From the human T2T-CHM13v2.0 reference genome, Homo sapiens, in assembly GCF_009914755.1 (NCBI RefSeq), contig NC_060936.1: a DNA stretch of 64,000 bases, one strand, 5' to 3'. This document shows positions 39,935 to 54,530 of this stretch, one piece after another. The notes under the pieces are model-generated. The model saw only the letters and a program-made list of their open reading frames with translations, did no database searches and was not told the DNA's origin. The first letter of the stretch is position 1; every line of letters begins with the position of its first letter. A program made the translations under genes and the position numbers.

Positions 39935-40450
39935 TTATACATTGGAGTGGATATCTTATTTTTTCCTACTTGGCATCCATTCCCCTGTTTTTGGAAACAA
40001 TGCCACAATTTTCCTTCAGAAACCACCTATCTCAGGCCATGTACACTGGGTGGAACAGAGCCTTCTATGGTGTCAGAGGTGAGTACGGGCCTTAAGTCTG
40101 GCCAGTCAGAATGGTGCCACATCTTCCTACCCCCTGTGATTGTCCCAGCTTGTGCATGCAGTTGGAGCCAGAATGGTGGCAACGCAGTTCCAGCCCACTA
40201 GCTGGAATTACCAGAGAAGAGATTCTTTTTCTGCACAGGATGACAACAAGCTAGGTGTTGCTGTGTGGCCACTTTACCAACATGCAGACTTTACCAACAT
40301 GCAGAAAGACCCTGCCTGCAGAAAGCAGACCTGGCGCTGGGAGAGAAAGATTCCTAAACACCTTGTGTGCACTTCTGGAGCCATCTGTGCCAGAAATTGG
40401 ACTTCTAAATTACAGAAAACAATTTATTTTTACCTAAGCCAATATGTGAC
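39935..40450 (+). mobile_element. Old ERVL/MaLR LTR (LTR33- or MLT1K/L-like)
   Basis: GCATCCATTCCCC, CTGGCCAGTCAGA and GTGATTG motifs; contains a 17-bp tandem duplication ACTTTACCAACATGCAG x2 at 40271-40304. Confidence 0.5.
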
Positions 40451-41929
40451 ATAGGAGACGCTCATCCACAATAGTCACTGAAGCAGTGATTTAAATCAGT
40501 TAAAGAGTGGTGACTTCCATAACAACCCAACACCTTGGCCCAGACCAGTTACTGCCCCTGTGTTCACCATCATTTGTTGGTCGTGCACCCATGTGATCAG
40601 TCCAAACTGACCCTAAAACAAGCTGTTGCCTATTTCTTCATTAACTATCCTTAAGTATGTGGAGGTGGGGTCAGGTGGATCCCATCTTCTTCCACAGAGA
40701 AAAACTTCGGCACAGAGAACATCAGGTGATTGATTATTACCTCCTGCTGGGATTGACCTGCATATAGAAACCAAGATTTTTCCACCTCCAGTTAAATACT
40801 CCAGTGGCAAGAGCAGGGGTGTTCTATTTTGCACTCCAGAATGGTTGAGATTAGGTGAGCTGCACCTTCACACCCAGGAGCTGCAGAGGCTAATGAAAGC
40901 TGAAATGAGCCAGGGGCCGGCATGCTGAGCGAGAGGAAATGGATGGACTGGAGAGAGTGGCTGCTGCAGGGAGCCCCTCCCAGGCAACCATCGCTAATTG
41001 TATGAGCAATAGCTGACACCATGGGAGGCTGGAGGCTTGGCAGAAGTCGAATGTTGCCTAAATGAGACCACCTCGAGTTTTTAAACTTCACACTTGGTCA
41101 ATAAGACCTGATCAGCCCATGGACAGGGGGCAATGCTAAAATGGCGTTTACATAAATATTCAGCCCATAGAGCAGATTCCACTAGAAAGTTCCAGAAGCC
41201 CATGATAGCAAAGGGCACAAGGCCACTCCTAAAGGACCTGCAGGCAGACTTAGTTCAGCCTTTTATAAGGTATCTATCAGATTTCTGGTTCTATTTAGGT
41301 CCTTCTTTACATGTATGTCTTTTCTTTCTCTTTGCTTCTTCGAACTGAGGCATCTCTGCTGAACAGTGTTAGTAAGAAGCAATGCTGGATCGAGTAACAC
41401 ATTTTTAATGATGTGAAACAAAGCTTTAATCACCATAGTTTTTTACAAAATAACGTCTTCTTTGCATTTGGTTTAATAGCACTTTGTCCACAGCTTTCAT
41501 CAAAACAACTGCCCATGTGACTGATTGGGAAATTGTATTAAATGTCAGAAGATCTCCCCAGACTCATAAAGTGCTTCCTTGCCAATCAGGATTTTAATTT
41601 TGGATGGGGAAATAATAAATACAATAATTATTGAACACTGTGACATTAACTGATAAAGATACCTGCTTTCCTTGAATTATCAATTTCACATTGGCATAAA
41701 AAATAGATTAGTGACAATTTAATCCTACATCTGGTGACCTTTAAATAATGCTATTAACACTCCTCAGCTTTGTCACTAGAATGTCATCAGCCTTCTCTCT
41801 AAAAGAAATGCTACCTAAATATTCCATTTTAGAACTGTCTCCAAAGTTTGCTAATGTTCAGTATCTAATAACAAATCTAGACGAGTATAAAAGACCCAGA
41901 CACACCAGGTGACTTTGCCAGCAGCAATT

Positions 41930-42420
41930 TTTTAAATAATTCTATCGTAACTTACCACATGAGAGGAGATTAGCTAGAGTCAAAAACTCCTAGAACCATA
42001 ATGTACTTTGTGTCCACACAGACATCTGCTCACTGTCATGCCCTCTTGCTGGGCAGGTATATTGGTACCAGCATTGAGAGGTCAATTGGCCAAATCCATC
42101 AAGATTTCAAATGCATACCCCTTCAACTCAGTGATTCTACTTCTAGAACCCTTCTCCTATGGGTATATTTATTTATCCATGGGCACAAAAGACTGTCCAT
42201 TGCAGCATTGCTTGTAATATCAAACATATTTTAAAATTATAAACAACCTTAATTTCCATTAAAAGAGGAATTATTAAAAACATTGATACATCTGTAAAAT
42301 TGTGTTTTATGCAGCCGCTAACAAAGAATGAGCTTCCCAATGCAATGACATGGTAAGTTCTTCATGCTATATTGTAAGTGGAAGAAAGCAGGCTGCAGAA
42401 CGGCACTTAGATTTTTGTCT
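41930..42420 (+). mobile_element. L1ME-type fragment
   Basis: AATGCATACCC...ATTCTACTTCTAGAA; CATTGCAGCATTGCTTGTAATA; AAACAACCTTAATTTCCA; TATGCAGCCG...AAAGAATGAG. Confidence 0.7.
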
Positions 42421-42629
42421 GAAAATTGAGAGGGTCATAATATCACCCTCCCCTTAGAGGTGTTGGAAGGAGGGAATGGGTTCCCGATGCCGAGTATTCA
42501 GAACCAGGCTTGCTCCAGCAATTCTGTCACATCATCAAAGTTTCTCTCTCTACTGGATTATTTTCAACAGATGAAAATGCTGCTTTTCTTCCATGTAATA
42601 AACAAACATTCTCCTAACCCCACTTTCCC

Positions 42630-44459
<1,830 letters not shown>

Positions 44460-44509
44460 TATATATATATATATATATATAGCTGAACAAATGAGTGAAT
44501 GGACATGAT

Positions 44510-44790
44510 AAAATTAGCTAGTATTTATTAAGCACAGATATTCTTATAAGCACTCAACTAAGTACTTTGCATATATGATCTCATTTCATCCATGGTAGGA
44601 AGAGCAGGAAAGGCAGGTGATAGGGTGGGGAGTGAGGTACTACAGTTCCCATTCTCATGCTGAAGAAAACTGAAAAACCAGAAGATTAATAACTCACCAA
44701 GGTCACATTCTAGTATGCAGCAGAATGAATGAAGGGAAGGAAAGGAAGTTGAATGCAAATCTGCCTACCTACTAAAAAGGAGATCTTTTC
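44510..44790 (-). mobile_element. MIR
   Basis: ATTTATTAAGCAC...TCTCATTT; GAAGAAAACTGA...CAAGGTCACA. Confidence 0.7.
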
Positions 44791-44854
44791 CCTACTGCTC
44801 CTCTTAACACAACCAGTTAAAAGCTACATATCCGCTCAACATCTTGCTCTATCC

Positions 44855-45163
<309 letters not shown>

Positions 45164-45863
45164 ACTCTATCCTTTTTTAGATTTCCACAATGCAAACTAT
45201 TCAGATGAAGGTCACTCAACTGAATAGTGCTTTAACTTTATATACATAAAAATTAAGTGTGGTCTTAGGTAAAATGACAGATAAGGTCATAAGTGTTTAT
45301 GTTTCTTTCAAGCCTTGTGACCTTATCATTAAGTTCCAAATAACCTTTTGCCTCTAGGAGTGGTAATTTGGTTTGTTTGTTTATACTGTGAGGATCTGTA
45401 TCTCTCCCTTTGGCCCAACTTATTAGTTTTAGCCATAAGCAGCAATCAGTGAAACATGAGGTTTTGTTATGAGATAGTTAATTCCAGTTTGGAACTCGTT
45501 GGTATTTTGGGAAATTTTTAAAATGTCAGCACATTTGCTTTTGGATCTATGAATATTATTTTGTTCTGGAAGCTCCTATTTAATGTGTGAGATTAATATT
45601 AGTTAGGGCATTGCCAAAGAAGAACACACTATCTTAATATAATAGGCAAAAAACAATAATTTCTCCTCCATATACTAAACAAGCTCTGATTTTTTTAATT
45701 AACTGACAAAACATCTAGGATCTAAGTGGTAAAATTAAGTTGGAATGTTTTAAGGAGGAAATGCACAGATTTTTTGTAGAATTTTTCTAGGATCAGTGAT
45801 GTTAATGTGAAGTACGAACTCATAATGCTGATTTGGAGACCTCAATGCATTAAAATGTTGGGT

Positions 45864-46876
45864 GACAAGGCAGATTCTGTGGATGCTCCACCCATATCCT
45901 TCCACGCCATACCTTTTCCTTACGTACCAGCTTGATTTCTAAAGGCTGGCATTTGCGTCCCCTGCCTAAGAATTTTCTTTGGCTTTCTATACCTTTTCTC
46001 CCCGAACACACAGAAGTGTCAGGAAATTTACACCTCTGGGAGCAGCCCTCAACTAAGGATAGGAATTGGTACATAAATACCCCAACTCCAAAACCCCACA
46101 GGATGACTCTGAGGTGCATGTCTTATACTGGCTTCTACCGTGGCCCGGGGATGTTCCAGGTTCTCACAGTGGTAACTTGCCTGACAATATATTCTTTATT
46201 AGCTGTGTCTCAATTCTCTACTCTCTAATCAGTGTACCCTGGGATCACCTTCCAAGTAATCTACTTGCATTTCCAGGAGACCAGAAACATGCCACCCCAA
46301 AATACGCCTCTTCTGGTGTAAGGATTATGATCTGAGACCATTCGAAGCAACAAATACAGGAAAGCTCTCTGTTCTCCCTCTATTTGCGTAAAAGCAGGAC
46401 ACAGATTTACAAAGACAAAAGATGTCCTGGCCCCCGTTTCTACCAGGAAGAACAAACGTTGGCCACTGAAGAACTTTAGACCCTTATCAGCCTAGAGATG
46501 GTACCAGAGGAATATCTATTAACCAGCTTTACTAACAAGCCTTTATCTGCCAGTTATTTGCCTTCCCCAAGTTGCTGCCCCCCAGAAACTCAAAATCCTT
46601 TCCTTTGTGTTGTTCCTTCTCTAAAAAGGTAACTGTTCTTTGTTGAAGATGTTACCTAAGCTGGAATTCAAAGCCACCTCTTTGAGAACTACTCATTTCC
46701 TGGGTGTCTCCCATCTACATAAAATATGTATGTTAATAAACTGTTTTTCTCTTATCTGTTACAGGGGTCTATTCCAACCAAGAAATTATGACGGTTGAAG
46801 AAACAATCATTTTTCTTTCCTACACATTTGAACTCTTATATCAGAATCTGCTTCAGAGAGAACCCAAACTGAGACA
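45864..46876 (+). mobile_element. LTR16(A)-like ERVL LTR split by a MER34-like LTR
   Basis: CTCTGAGGTGCATG; GGGATCACCTTCCAAGTAATCTACTTGCATT|TGAACTCT...GAACCCAAACTGAGACA. Confidence 0.75.
46272..46824 (+). mobile_element. ERV1 solo LTR, MER34-like
   Basis: ATGCCACCCCAAAATACGCCTCT...TAAGGATTAT; AATAAA; ends CCTACA; 4-bp TSD CATT. Confidence 0.8.
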
Positions 46877-46914
46877 GCTGCCTTCATTTGGGGCTTAGCC
46901 GTAAGTCAGCCAAG

Positions 46915-47350
46915 GCTGTTATTCATTCCTTTTTCAGGGAATATTTTTAGAGCACCTATGACATTCCAGGCATTGTTCTTTTAGACATCCAGCAGCGACC
47001 AACTAAACAAAAATCTTTGCCTTCATGGAGTTTACATTCTCATGCAAGGAGACAATAAACTACGTAAAATATATTGTAAGGCAGATTTTGATAAGTAGAG
47101 GAAAATAAAGCCAAGCTAGATAGGGAATGCCAGTGGGTGAAGTGTGCCATTATAAACAGGTAGCCAGTGAAGGCCCAAACAAGGGGGTAAAATGTGAACA
47201 AAGACTTGAAGGGGTTGAAGAGCAATCCGGGAAGGAAGAGCATTAGTCTAGGTGGGAGGAAACAAGTGCAGAAGGGACAGGAATATTCCAAACCAGTAAG
47301 GTCACTGGGGCTGGAACAGAGTGAAGGAGAGGGAAAGTGACAGGATGAGT
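46915..47350 (-). mobile_element. L2 3' fragment
   Basis: ATATTTTTAGAGCACCTATGACATTCCAGGCATTGTTC...CTTCATGGAGTTTACATTCT. Confidence 0.75.
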
Positions 47351-47399
47351 CATATCTACTATTGTTAGGATTTACTGTTGTTATTTTTGTCAATATTAC

Positions 47400-47605
47400 T
47401 ATTTAATAGGCTTCGTTTGTTTTAGCATTTTCTTATGAAAATTACAGAAAAGTTACCAATTTTTTACAGTGAACACCCATCTACTCACCACCTGGATTCT
47501 ACTATTTTGCAATACTTCCTTTTCATGCATCCATCCCTCTATCCATCTCACTATCCATTTACCAAGCCATCGTTTTTAACGCATTTCAGAGTAAATTGCA
47601 GAGAT
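47400..47605 (-). mobile_element. L1M 3'-end fragment
   Basis: ACAGAAAAGTT...TACAGTGAACACCCAT...CATTTCAGAGTAAATTGCAGA. Confidence 0.55.
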
Positions 47606-47619
47606 TTAGCAAATGCAGC

Positions 47620-47820
47620 CATTATGGAGATACGGTTTCTAAACCTGACAGCATTGCAAGGTAGATACTATCTCCCCATTTTACAGAGAAAGAAACTGAG
47701 ACGCAGACACGCTGAATAACTCAGCTAAGGCAGTAACACAAACACATGGCTGAGTGGGGATTCCAGTGCAGGTCTATTGATGGCAGTGCTCATATTCTTT
47801 CCATGGTGAACCAACTGCCA
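47620..47820 (-). mobile_element. MIR
   Basis: CCCCATTTTACAGAGAAAGAAACTGAG. Confidence 0.75.
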
Positions 47821-47936
47821 CTCTCGAACAGCGGATTAATGTGGAAGAACAGGCAAGGAGTTGGGAGTAGCTATACTTGTCTCTGAAGGAAGCTGTTTCC
47901 TTTCACTATTTCCTCTGCATCTGAAAGGCAAAAACC

Positions 47937-48118
47937 CAGCGACGTGCTGGTAAATGTTTACCACCCAGCTCTTTGGATAGAGGTGCAGAGACAAGGAAAG
48001 CCTTGTTTGCAACATTTGCCAATTTCTGTGGCATTAACATTCCTACCATGGCAGGTTTCAACCTACCAACCTGATGTCAGGTTGCAAGCTGGTATGAGCT
48101 GGCACCAGCACACCACTG
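47937..48118. mobile_element. MER63-like hAT-Blackjack MITE
   Basis: TIRs CAGCGACGTGCTGG / CCAGCACACCACTG; GTAAATGTTTA internal motif. Confidence 0.75.
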
Positions 48119-48290
48119 TGGATTTTTCAGTGTCATACTGTAGTTAACAAGTATCACTTGTAACAAGTAACAAGCACCAGATTCAGGATCAACACCCAGT
48201 GTCTATATCCAGTGAATGCTCAGTAAATTTCAGTGGTGGTGAGGACAAAGATTGGCAGCCTCCTACCCACACCCAGCATCAGATATCTGG

Positions 48291-48306
48291 GCACATGCAT
48301 ACATGC

Positions 48307-48350
<44 letters not shown>
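48291..48350 (+). repeat. (CA)n within a 60-bp alternating purine-pyrimidine tract
   Basis: Direct reading. Confidence 0.95.
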
Positions 48351-48351
<1 letters not shown>

Positions 48352-50595
48352 TTCTTCCCAAGGTGGATAGTAGTATATTTGAATAATGAATACAGGACAC
48401 TACATATAGCACATTTGTGTAAAGCAAACTTCTCCACAAAATGCAAATAAACCTCTTTCTCCATGTAATTCCCAGCTCTTGATCCACTGCTCTGGTTCTT
48501 CCCCCTCCGCCGCCCGCCCCCCACCCCCCAATCACCACTTCTACACCTCCCTGAACATTAACAATGCTTTTCTTTGGCAAGAACACCCTTGCTGTTCCCT
48601 GGCACCAGAGAACATCACATTTTTGCATGGGTTGAAATCATAAATCACTTAGAATGCAGACAACCTGTTGGAGAAGTTTGCCGTTCTTTTTCCTTCTTGA
48701 GCTTCCTTTGATTGAGATGTTCTTTCACCTTTGGAACATGTCCCAGGGCTGCTCCTGACTCATGCTGCGTGTTCCTTTTCATCATGCCAGCTGAAGACCC
48801 CCTGCAAGCCGGATTCCTTTTATCCCTCAACCCTAATTGTTCTCTGCCTTCTTCACTCAAATTTCCTTCTGCAGCCTTTCTCCAGGGGTCTCACACACCT
48901 CAGATAACATTCCTGACCCCATTAACTAAATCCCTCTGGTCTTTCAGTATTGACTGAGGCCACATGTATTGACCTTGGTAGGTGGTTCTAGGTTCGACTT
49001 TGCAAAGACGGGCTTTTCTGAGTTGACTCGTGGGTTATTTTCTCCTTCCCTATGACATCCCACCTTCACCCCAATTCCCTCCTATCCCATATTCTTACTC
49101 AATGCAGGCCACATCCCCAGCAGTCTGTAGCGCAAATAACAATCATCTCTAACAGAATTAGTGCGAACAAAGTCTGACACTTAGGACTTTAAAGCATTTT
49201 TTATAGTATGGCAAATCCGGTTACCATGCAACAAAGAACAGCTAACTGTTAAGAATTAATAATGAGAAATAAGTATAGATAATGGTTTAGCTGACACTGT
49301 CATATTTTAGTACAATATGTTCTGAAATATTTGCTCCTTTGGGTTGTGAATGTGCTATTTTTGTCACTAATAAGCCTATAGAAGCCTAGTGGAAATGAGA
49401 AGTTTTCTCAAGGAAAGTGAGGCATTCTGAGATTTCTCTGATAAGGGGAAAGGGTCAATGTGCCTGTAGTTTCTGTGCTTCATTAAAATTCTGCTTCCAT
49501 ACTGTATAATGTGAGTAATATTAATTTTCTAAACATTCGCGTAGAGCAGCTGCTAACTAATTTCCATAACAGTATTCCTATTCTACAGGCATTTTAAAAA
49601 GGGGAAAGAAGATGACTGCTGACTGTCTGCCAAAAAGAAAGGCTCAATCTAACCCAGTTCTGAATCATTCCAGACCGAAAGAAGGAAATCATTAGGGACA
49701 TTGACTTCCCAGTCAGGGGACTGTCTGGAATTGAACAAACTGCCTTAGCCTCTGAGGATGGTGCACCTGGTATAAGCTGGGCACTCATTCACTGGGCAGT
49801 CCCCTTCCTCTAAATGCCTTCATGGTGGCCCAGTTCATGTGCCCTGGACTAGCTAATGATCAGAGCATTTCTGCAGCCCCTGTCATACTGGGTTCAGCTG
49901 CTTCCCCTTTCTTCCTGATCCATGCCACTGAAGTCCCAGCAAAACAAGTGTAGTTAAACCTGTCTAAGGTGTTTCAGGGATGGCAACGTACCTGGGAAAC
50001 TTTGGACCCCTTGTATTTCACAAGCTTGCTCTCAGGGAATCCTCTACCCACTCTTCTCCAGAAAACACTGGGATGCCCAGCCTCACAGTCGGGATATAAT
50101 TCCTAGTGTTATATACTTTCTCAGGCTGAACTTTTCCTTTCCTTCTATCTTGTACTAAGATGAATAACAACTAGTCTCATGAATTTGAATACTATTAAAT
50201 CTTCCTCTAATTCTCTCCAGCAGTCCTGTCCTTTGGGGGATATTTTCCAACTCTGCATTCATTCACCACCTTTGCAACCCATTGTCTTTCTCTTCAGACT
50301 CTGGCCCCAATTTGTCTCTCTAACCTTACTTCCCAGTACTCCTTCCCAAGTGCCCAGCAATCCCACCACACCAGTCTACTGGCCACTCCTCCACGTAAAC
50401 TACGTCAAGTTAGTCCTCCAAGTCTTAATTGAACCTGGAATCTCTGAATAGATAACCCACCCTCCTTCAACCCCAGTAAATTTTTACTCTTCACGTCCTC
50501 CCTACTTACACAGACAAAGTTAATCACCTCCATTTTCAAGCTTGCCTAGTCTTTTATTCAAACCAACCAACTTAACATTTGTCTTATTGTTGGCT

Positions 50596-50650
50596 AGTTG
50601 GTTGGTTGGTTGGTTGGTTGGATGGTCGGTTGGTTGGGTCAGTTGGTTAT
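50596..50650 (+). repeat. (GGTT)n degenerate microsatellite
   Basis: Direct reading. Confidence 0.9.
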
Positions 50651-50964
50651 ATGCAAATCTGTTTCCTTTGCTTATTTGTGGCTGTTAGAATGCATGAGCC
50701 TCTGTTTTACCATTGTTTATATGCACTGTGCTTGTAACAGTGTAGGTACTCTATCGATCCTCATTGAAAGGAATTTACTGTCAAAATACACCTACACAAG
50801 GATATGTAAAAATAGGTGATCATAAATTTTGTCAACTCACATACACCCATAATTAGAGTCAGCTCAGGTAAAACTAAATTACCTTTGCTTCTATTTTATA
50901 GGTCTCCTTATCTTAAAAATGGCTGCTGTTTACTGATTATTTGCCATTTTCATAGATTAGTAAG

Positions 50965-51006
50965 TGTATTAATCAAGGTCCTCCAGAGAAACAGAACCAT
51001 TGGAAT

Positions 51007-51056
<50 letters not shown>

Positions 51057-51506
51057 AAAGGGATTTATTATAAGGAATTGACTCATGCTCAATTCCTTTA
51101 TGAAGAGTTCATTCTCCATTATGGAGGATGAAAAGCCCCACAATCAGCCATCTGTAAACTAGAGACCCAGAAAAGCCAGTGATGTAGTTCCAGTATGAGT
51201 CTGAAGGCCTGAGAACCAGGAGCACTATTGGTATAAATCCTGGTCCCAGACAGGGAGATGACTGATGCCCCATCTCTAACAGTCAGGCAGAAAAAAGCAA
51301 ATTCTCCCTTCCTCTGCCTTTTTGTTCTCTTGAGGCCTTCAACAGATTCGACAATGCCCACCCACATTGGAGAAGACGATCTGCTTTACTCAGTCTACCA
51401 ATTCCAATGTTAATCTCTTCTGGAAACACCCAGAGTAAGGTTTAATCAGATATCTGGACACCCTGTGGTTCAGTGAAGAAGTCGACACATAAAATTAACC
51501 ACCACA
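50965..51506 (-). mobile_element. MLT2B-like ERVL solo LTR containing (TG)n at 51006-51054
   Basis: TGTATTAATCAAGGTCCTCCAGAGAAACAGAACCA start; CTGAAGGCCTGAGAACCAGG; ends CATAAAATTAACCACCACA. Confidence 0.88.
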
Positions 51507-51509
51507 GCA

Positions 51510-51710
51510 ATAAGTCAATGCTAATAGTTACTGATGTCCTACAAGATGTTTATTATTATCTCCATTTTACAGATTTCGAACTGAAGAGTCAGGGAAGTGA
51601 AGCCACTTGGCCTAAGTGGCACAGCCAGTGAGTGGCAGAACTGGAACTCCAACCTGGGTCTGTTTGGCTCCAAAGTCTATGCGTCTCCCATTCCACCTAC
51701 TACCACTCAG
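51510..51710 (-). mobile_element. MIR
   Basis: TATTATCTCCATTTTACAGAT...AGTGGCAGAACTGGAACTCCAACC. Confidence 0.8.
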
Positions 51711-53679
51711 CACAAAAAGACTACCTCTGCCACCTCACTTCACAAAGCAGCCCCAAGAGAGAATCAGGAAATAGCCAAGAGAGGGGTTGCACCTTAAAAC
51801 ATTTTTCTCCCCTACCCACCCTCCATGTGATCTGCTTTTCTGCAGTATGTGGCCAGGGCTATGTAAACCCAAACACCATAAATCAATGTTGAATGAGCAT
51901 TGTTGCTGCAGAGAGGCTATAACAGAGTATCATATGAGCTTTGGCCAGGCCCTGGAAGAAGTGACATCTATTTCCATACTTGGCATTTTTCCTCATGCTG
52001 TCGTCTCCTCTGCCTTTCTGTCTCCTCTTATACCCTCCCACATTGGCCCCACTACTCTCATTCTGCTCTCTGTCATCATGCAGTCATCCCTTCCCCCTTT
52101 TCATATTTTAAAGCTCACACAGCTGGTCCCCAGAGTCACTGCCTTCTCAACTGTCAAAATTGTCCAACATGAAAAATTGAAACAATAAACTAAAATGAAT
52201 GCAACCGAAAGTGAAAACTACATGTGTGAAAATGGTCAAAATGCAAAGTTATTGTTCTCTGGTCTACTATCACTGAAAATTCAATGACTAACGTTTTTTT
52301 CACCCTTTACTCCAAATGTAGGGCTGGCCTCAACACACACTAATACAGCTGCGGGGTGTAGGGGGGACATTCTGCACACAATCTCCTTTGGAAGCCAGCT
52401 AAGTGACCGAGGATGAGTTATTTATTAACATCAGAGCTGCAAGTTCACCAAGAGTCACAGCAAGACTAGGTTCTAAATAATAAAAGTAAGAGATGGACTC
52501 CATAATTCATTTGGTGAAATCTCCATCAGATTTAACTGTTACCTGAGGGTTGATGGATTTTTTTTTTTACTTCCTTTTTTGAATACATAGAATATAAACA
52601 CCCTTCCAAGATACACTTACAGTGAGACTAGGAAAGAGTCAGGAGCTTAAGAAAGAGGGTGCCTGAACAGCTAGATCCAAAAAGCTAGGCATTCACATGG
52701 TGAAGAAAGAGCTGAAAAAGAGATGGCCCAACTTCAAGAAGACTAGGAGAAAACCAGCCCAAAGAGTCTGGAAAGAAGACCCTCAACCCAAAACGTTTCC
52801 TCCAGCGACTGGCACAGAATAGACACTCCATATACATTTGCTGAATGAATGCATGTGAAAAAAATGAACACAGAGTAAAAAAGTTAAAATGATTAAGGGT
52901 ATAAAATTTAATCACTTACTTCACTAATTGTTTTCACATTTCAAAACCTTGTAGTAAAGTTTATTAAGCATTCAGGAATACCTAAACAGAAGCAACATTA
53001 AGATGACAACTAAATATGTTCTGTAAATTTTACTCAATAAAAAGATTTTGAGAATTTACTGTGTCCCTACGGCCAAACACAAGACTTGGGAGGATTCTAA
53101 GATAAATTGGAGGTGGTCCCTGCCATCCAGATGACCATCTGGTGGCAGTCCCTTGAGCAGGTAAAGCAGCATTCCATTTCGAATGACCAAAGGAAAAAGC
53201 CTCCGCCCAATGCTATTTTCCCATTACCCCTCACAGGGCCTTAAATTATATCATTACAGATTAATTCTTTCAGGTCTTGAAGGTTAATTGAATCTCTTAA
53301 AAAAGGTAAAATACTCCTAGGACAGGTACCTTCTTAAGCCATTATCACCTGAGATTGGATCCAAGCATTCAATCACAGCTGGCAGAGAGCATATTAGACA
53401 GAAAGGATGGAGGAGCAATGGGGGGAGGGGTTTCAAGGAGGAGGAATTTGGGAAAGGAGGCACCTAAGAGCATCATTGATTAACTTTATTTGCAGGTTTC
53501 CTCATTTTTCCCATGTCCTAACCTATCGAGACTGGCATAGAAAGTTCATACAAGCCTGCACCAGCATGCCCCATACATCTTTCTGAAATATGTTTTCCAG
53601 TTCCTCACAGCTGGGTTTCTAAGCTCGACACCTGTATTTCCTAACCTGCTTCTGGTTCCTGAGACAGTTCTGATGATAA

Positions 53680-54280
53680 CAGGAAATGCTTACTAGTTAC
53701 TTAGTTTGAACCAGCCAGTATCCTACAAGCTTCACAAGAATTATCTCATTTAAGCATCTCAGCCATTCTATTCCCATTGTACAGGTGAGAAAACTGAGGG
53801 TCAGTGATATGATTTGGCTCTGACCCCACCCAAATCTCATCTTGAATTATAGCTTCCATAATTCCCACATGTTGTGGGAGGGACCCGGTAGGAGATAATT
53901 GAATCATGGGGTAGGTTTCCCCATACTGTTCTCATGGTAGTGAATAAGTCTCATGAGAGCTGATGGTTTTATAAGGGGAAACCCTTTCACTTGGTTCTCA
54001 CTTCTTTCTTGTCTGCCACCATGGAAGATGTGCCTTTCACCTTCCACCTTCCACCTTGATTGTGAGGCCTTCCCAGCCATGTGGAACTGTGAGCCCATTA
54101 AACCTCTTTTTCTTTATAAATTAGCCAGTCTCAGGTATGTGTCTATCAGCAGCTTGAAAACGGACTAATACAGTCAAAGAAGTTAAGTAATTTGTCCCAA
54201 TCACCTAGCTTTAAATTGCAAAGCCAGAATTTGAATATATTTAAGTCTGATTCTAGAGCCCAAACTCTTAAACTTAAAAC
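53680..54280 (-). mobile_element. MIR split by THE1
   Basis: ACAGGTGAGAAAACTGAGG|...AGAAGTTAAGTAATTTGTCC. Confidence 0.75.
53805..54172 (+). mobile_element. THE1C-like MaLR solo LTR
   Basis: TGATATGATTTGGCTCTG start; ATAAGGGGAAACCC; ends GGACTAATACA; TSD GTCAG / GTCAA. Confidence 0.92.
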
Positions 54281-54339
54281 TATAATAACCTATAACTCAG
54301 GTTGAAATCATTACAATAACCATATGAATCAGGCAGATC

Positions 54340-54530
54340 AAGGAAGCAATGGTCCCATCCTAACTTGGGTTCAAGGTCCAGTTCAACTGTGGGACCTTGG
54401 TCTTTAGCGTTCTCATCTCTAAGATAGCATTAATAAAATCTACTTTGTAGAGACATATGAAATCAGATGAGTTCATAAAGAAAGTGTTTGGCACAGAGTC
54501 CGTATTTCATAAATAGTAGCTGTAAGCTAT
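54340..54530 (+). mobile_element. MIR fragment
   Basis: TGGGTTCAA...CTGTGGGACCTTGG...TCTCATCT...AAAGTGTTTGGCACAG. Confidence 0.6.

Noticed and set aside
49589-49769. Plus-strand exon after TTCCTATTCTACAG
   Set aside because: Reasonable acceptor, but only a weak donor and stops in all frames; insufficient support.
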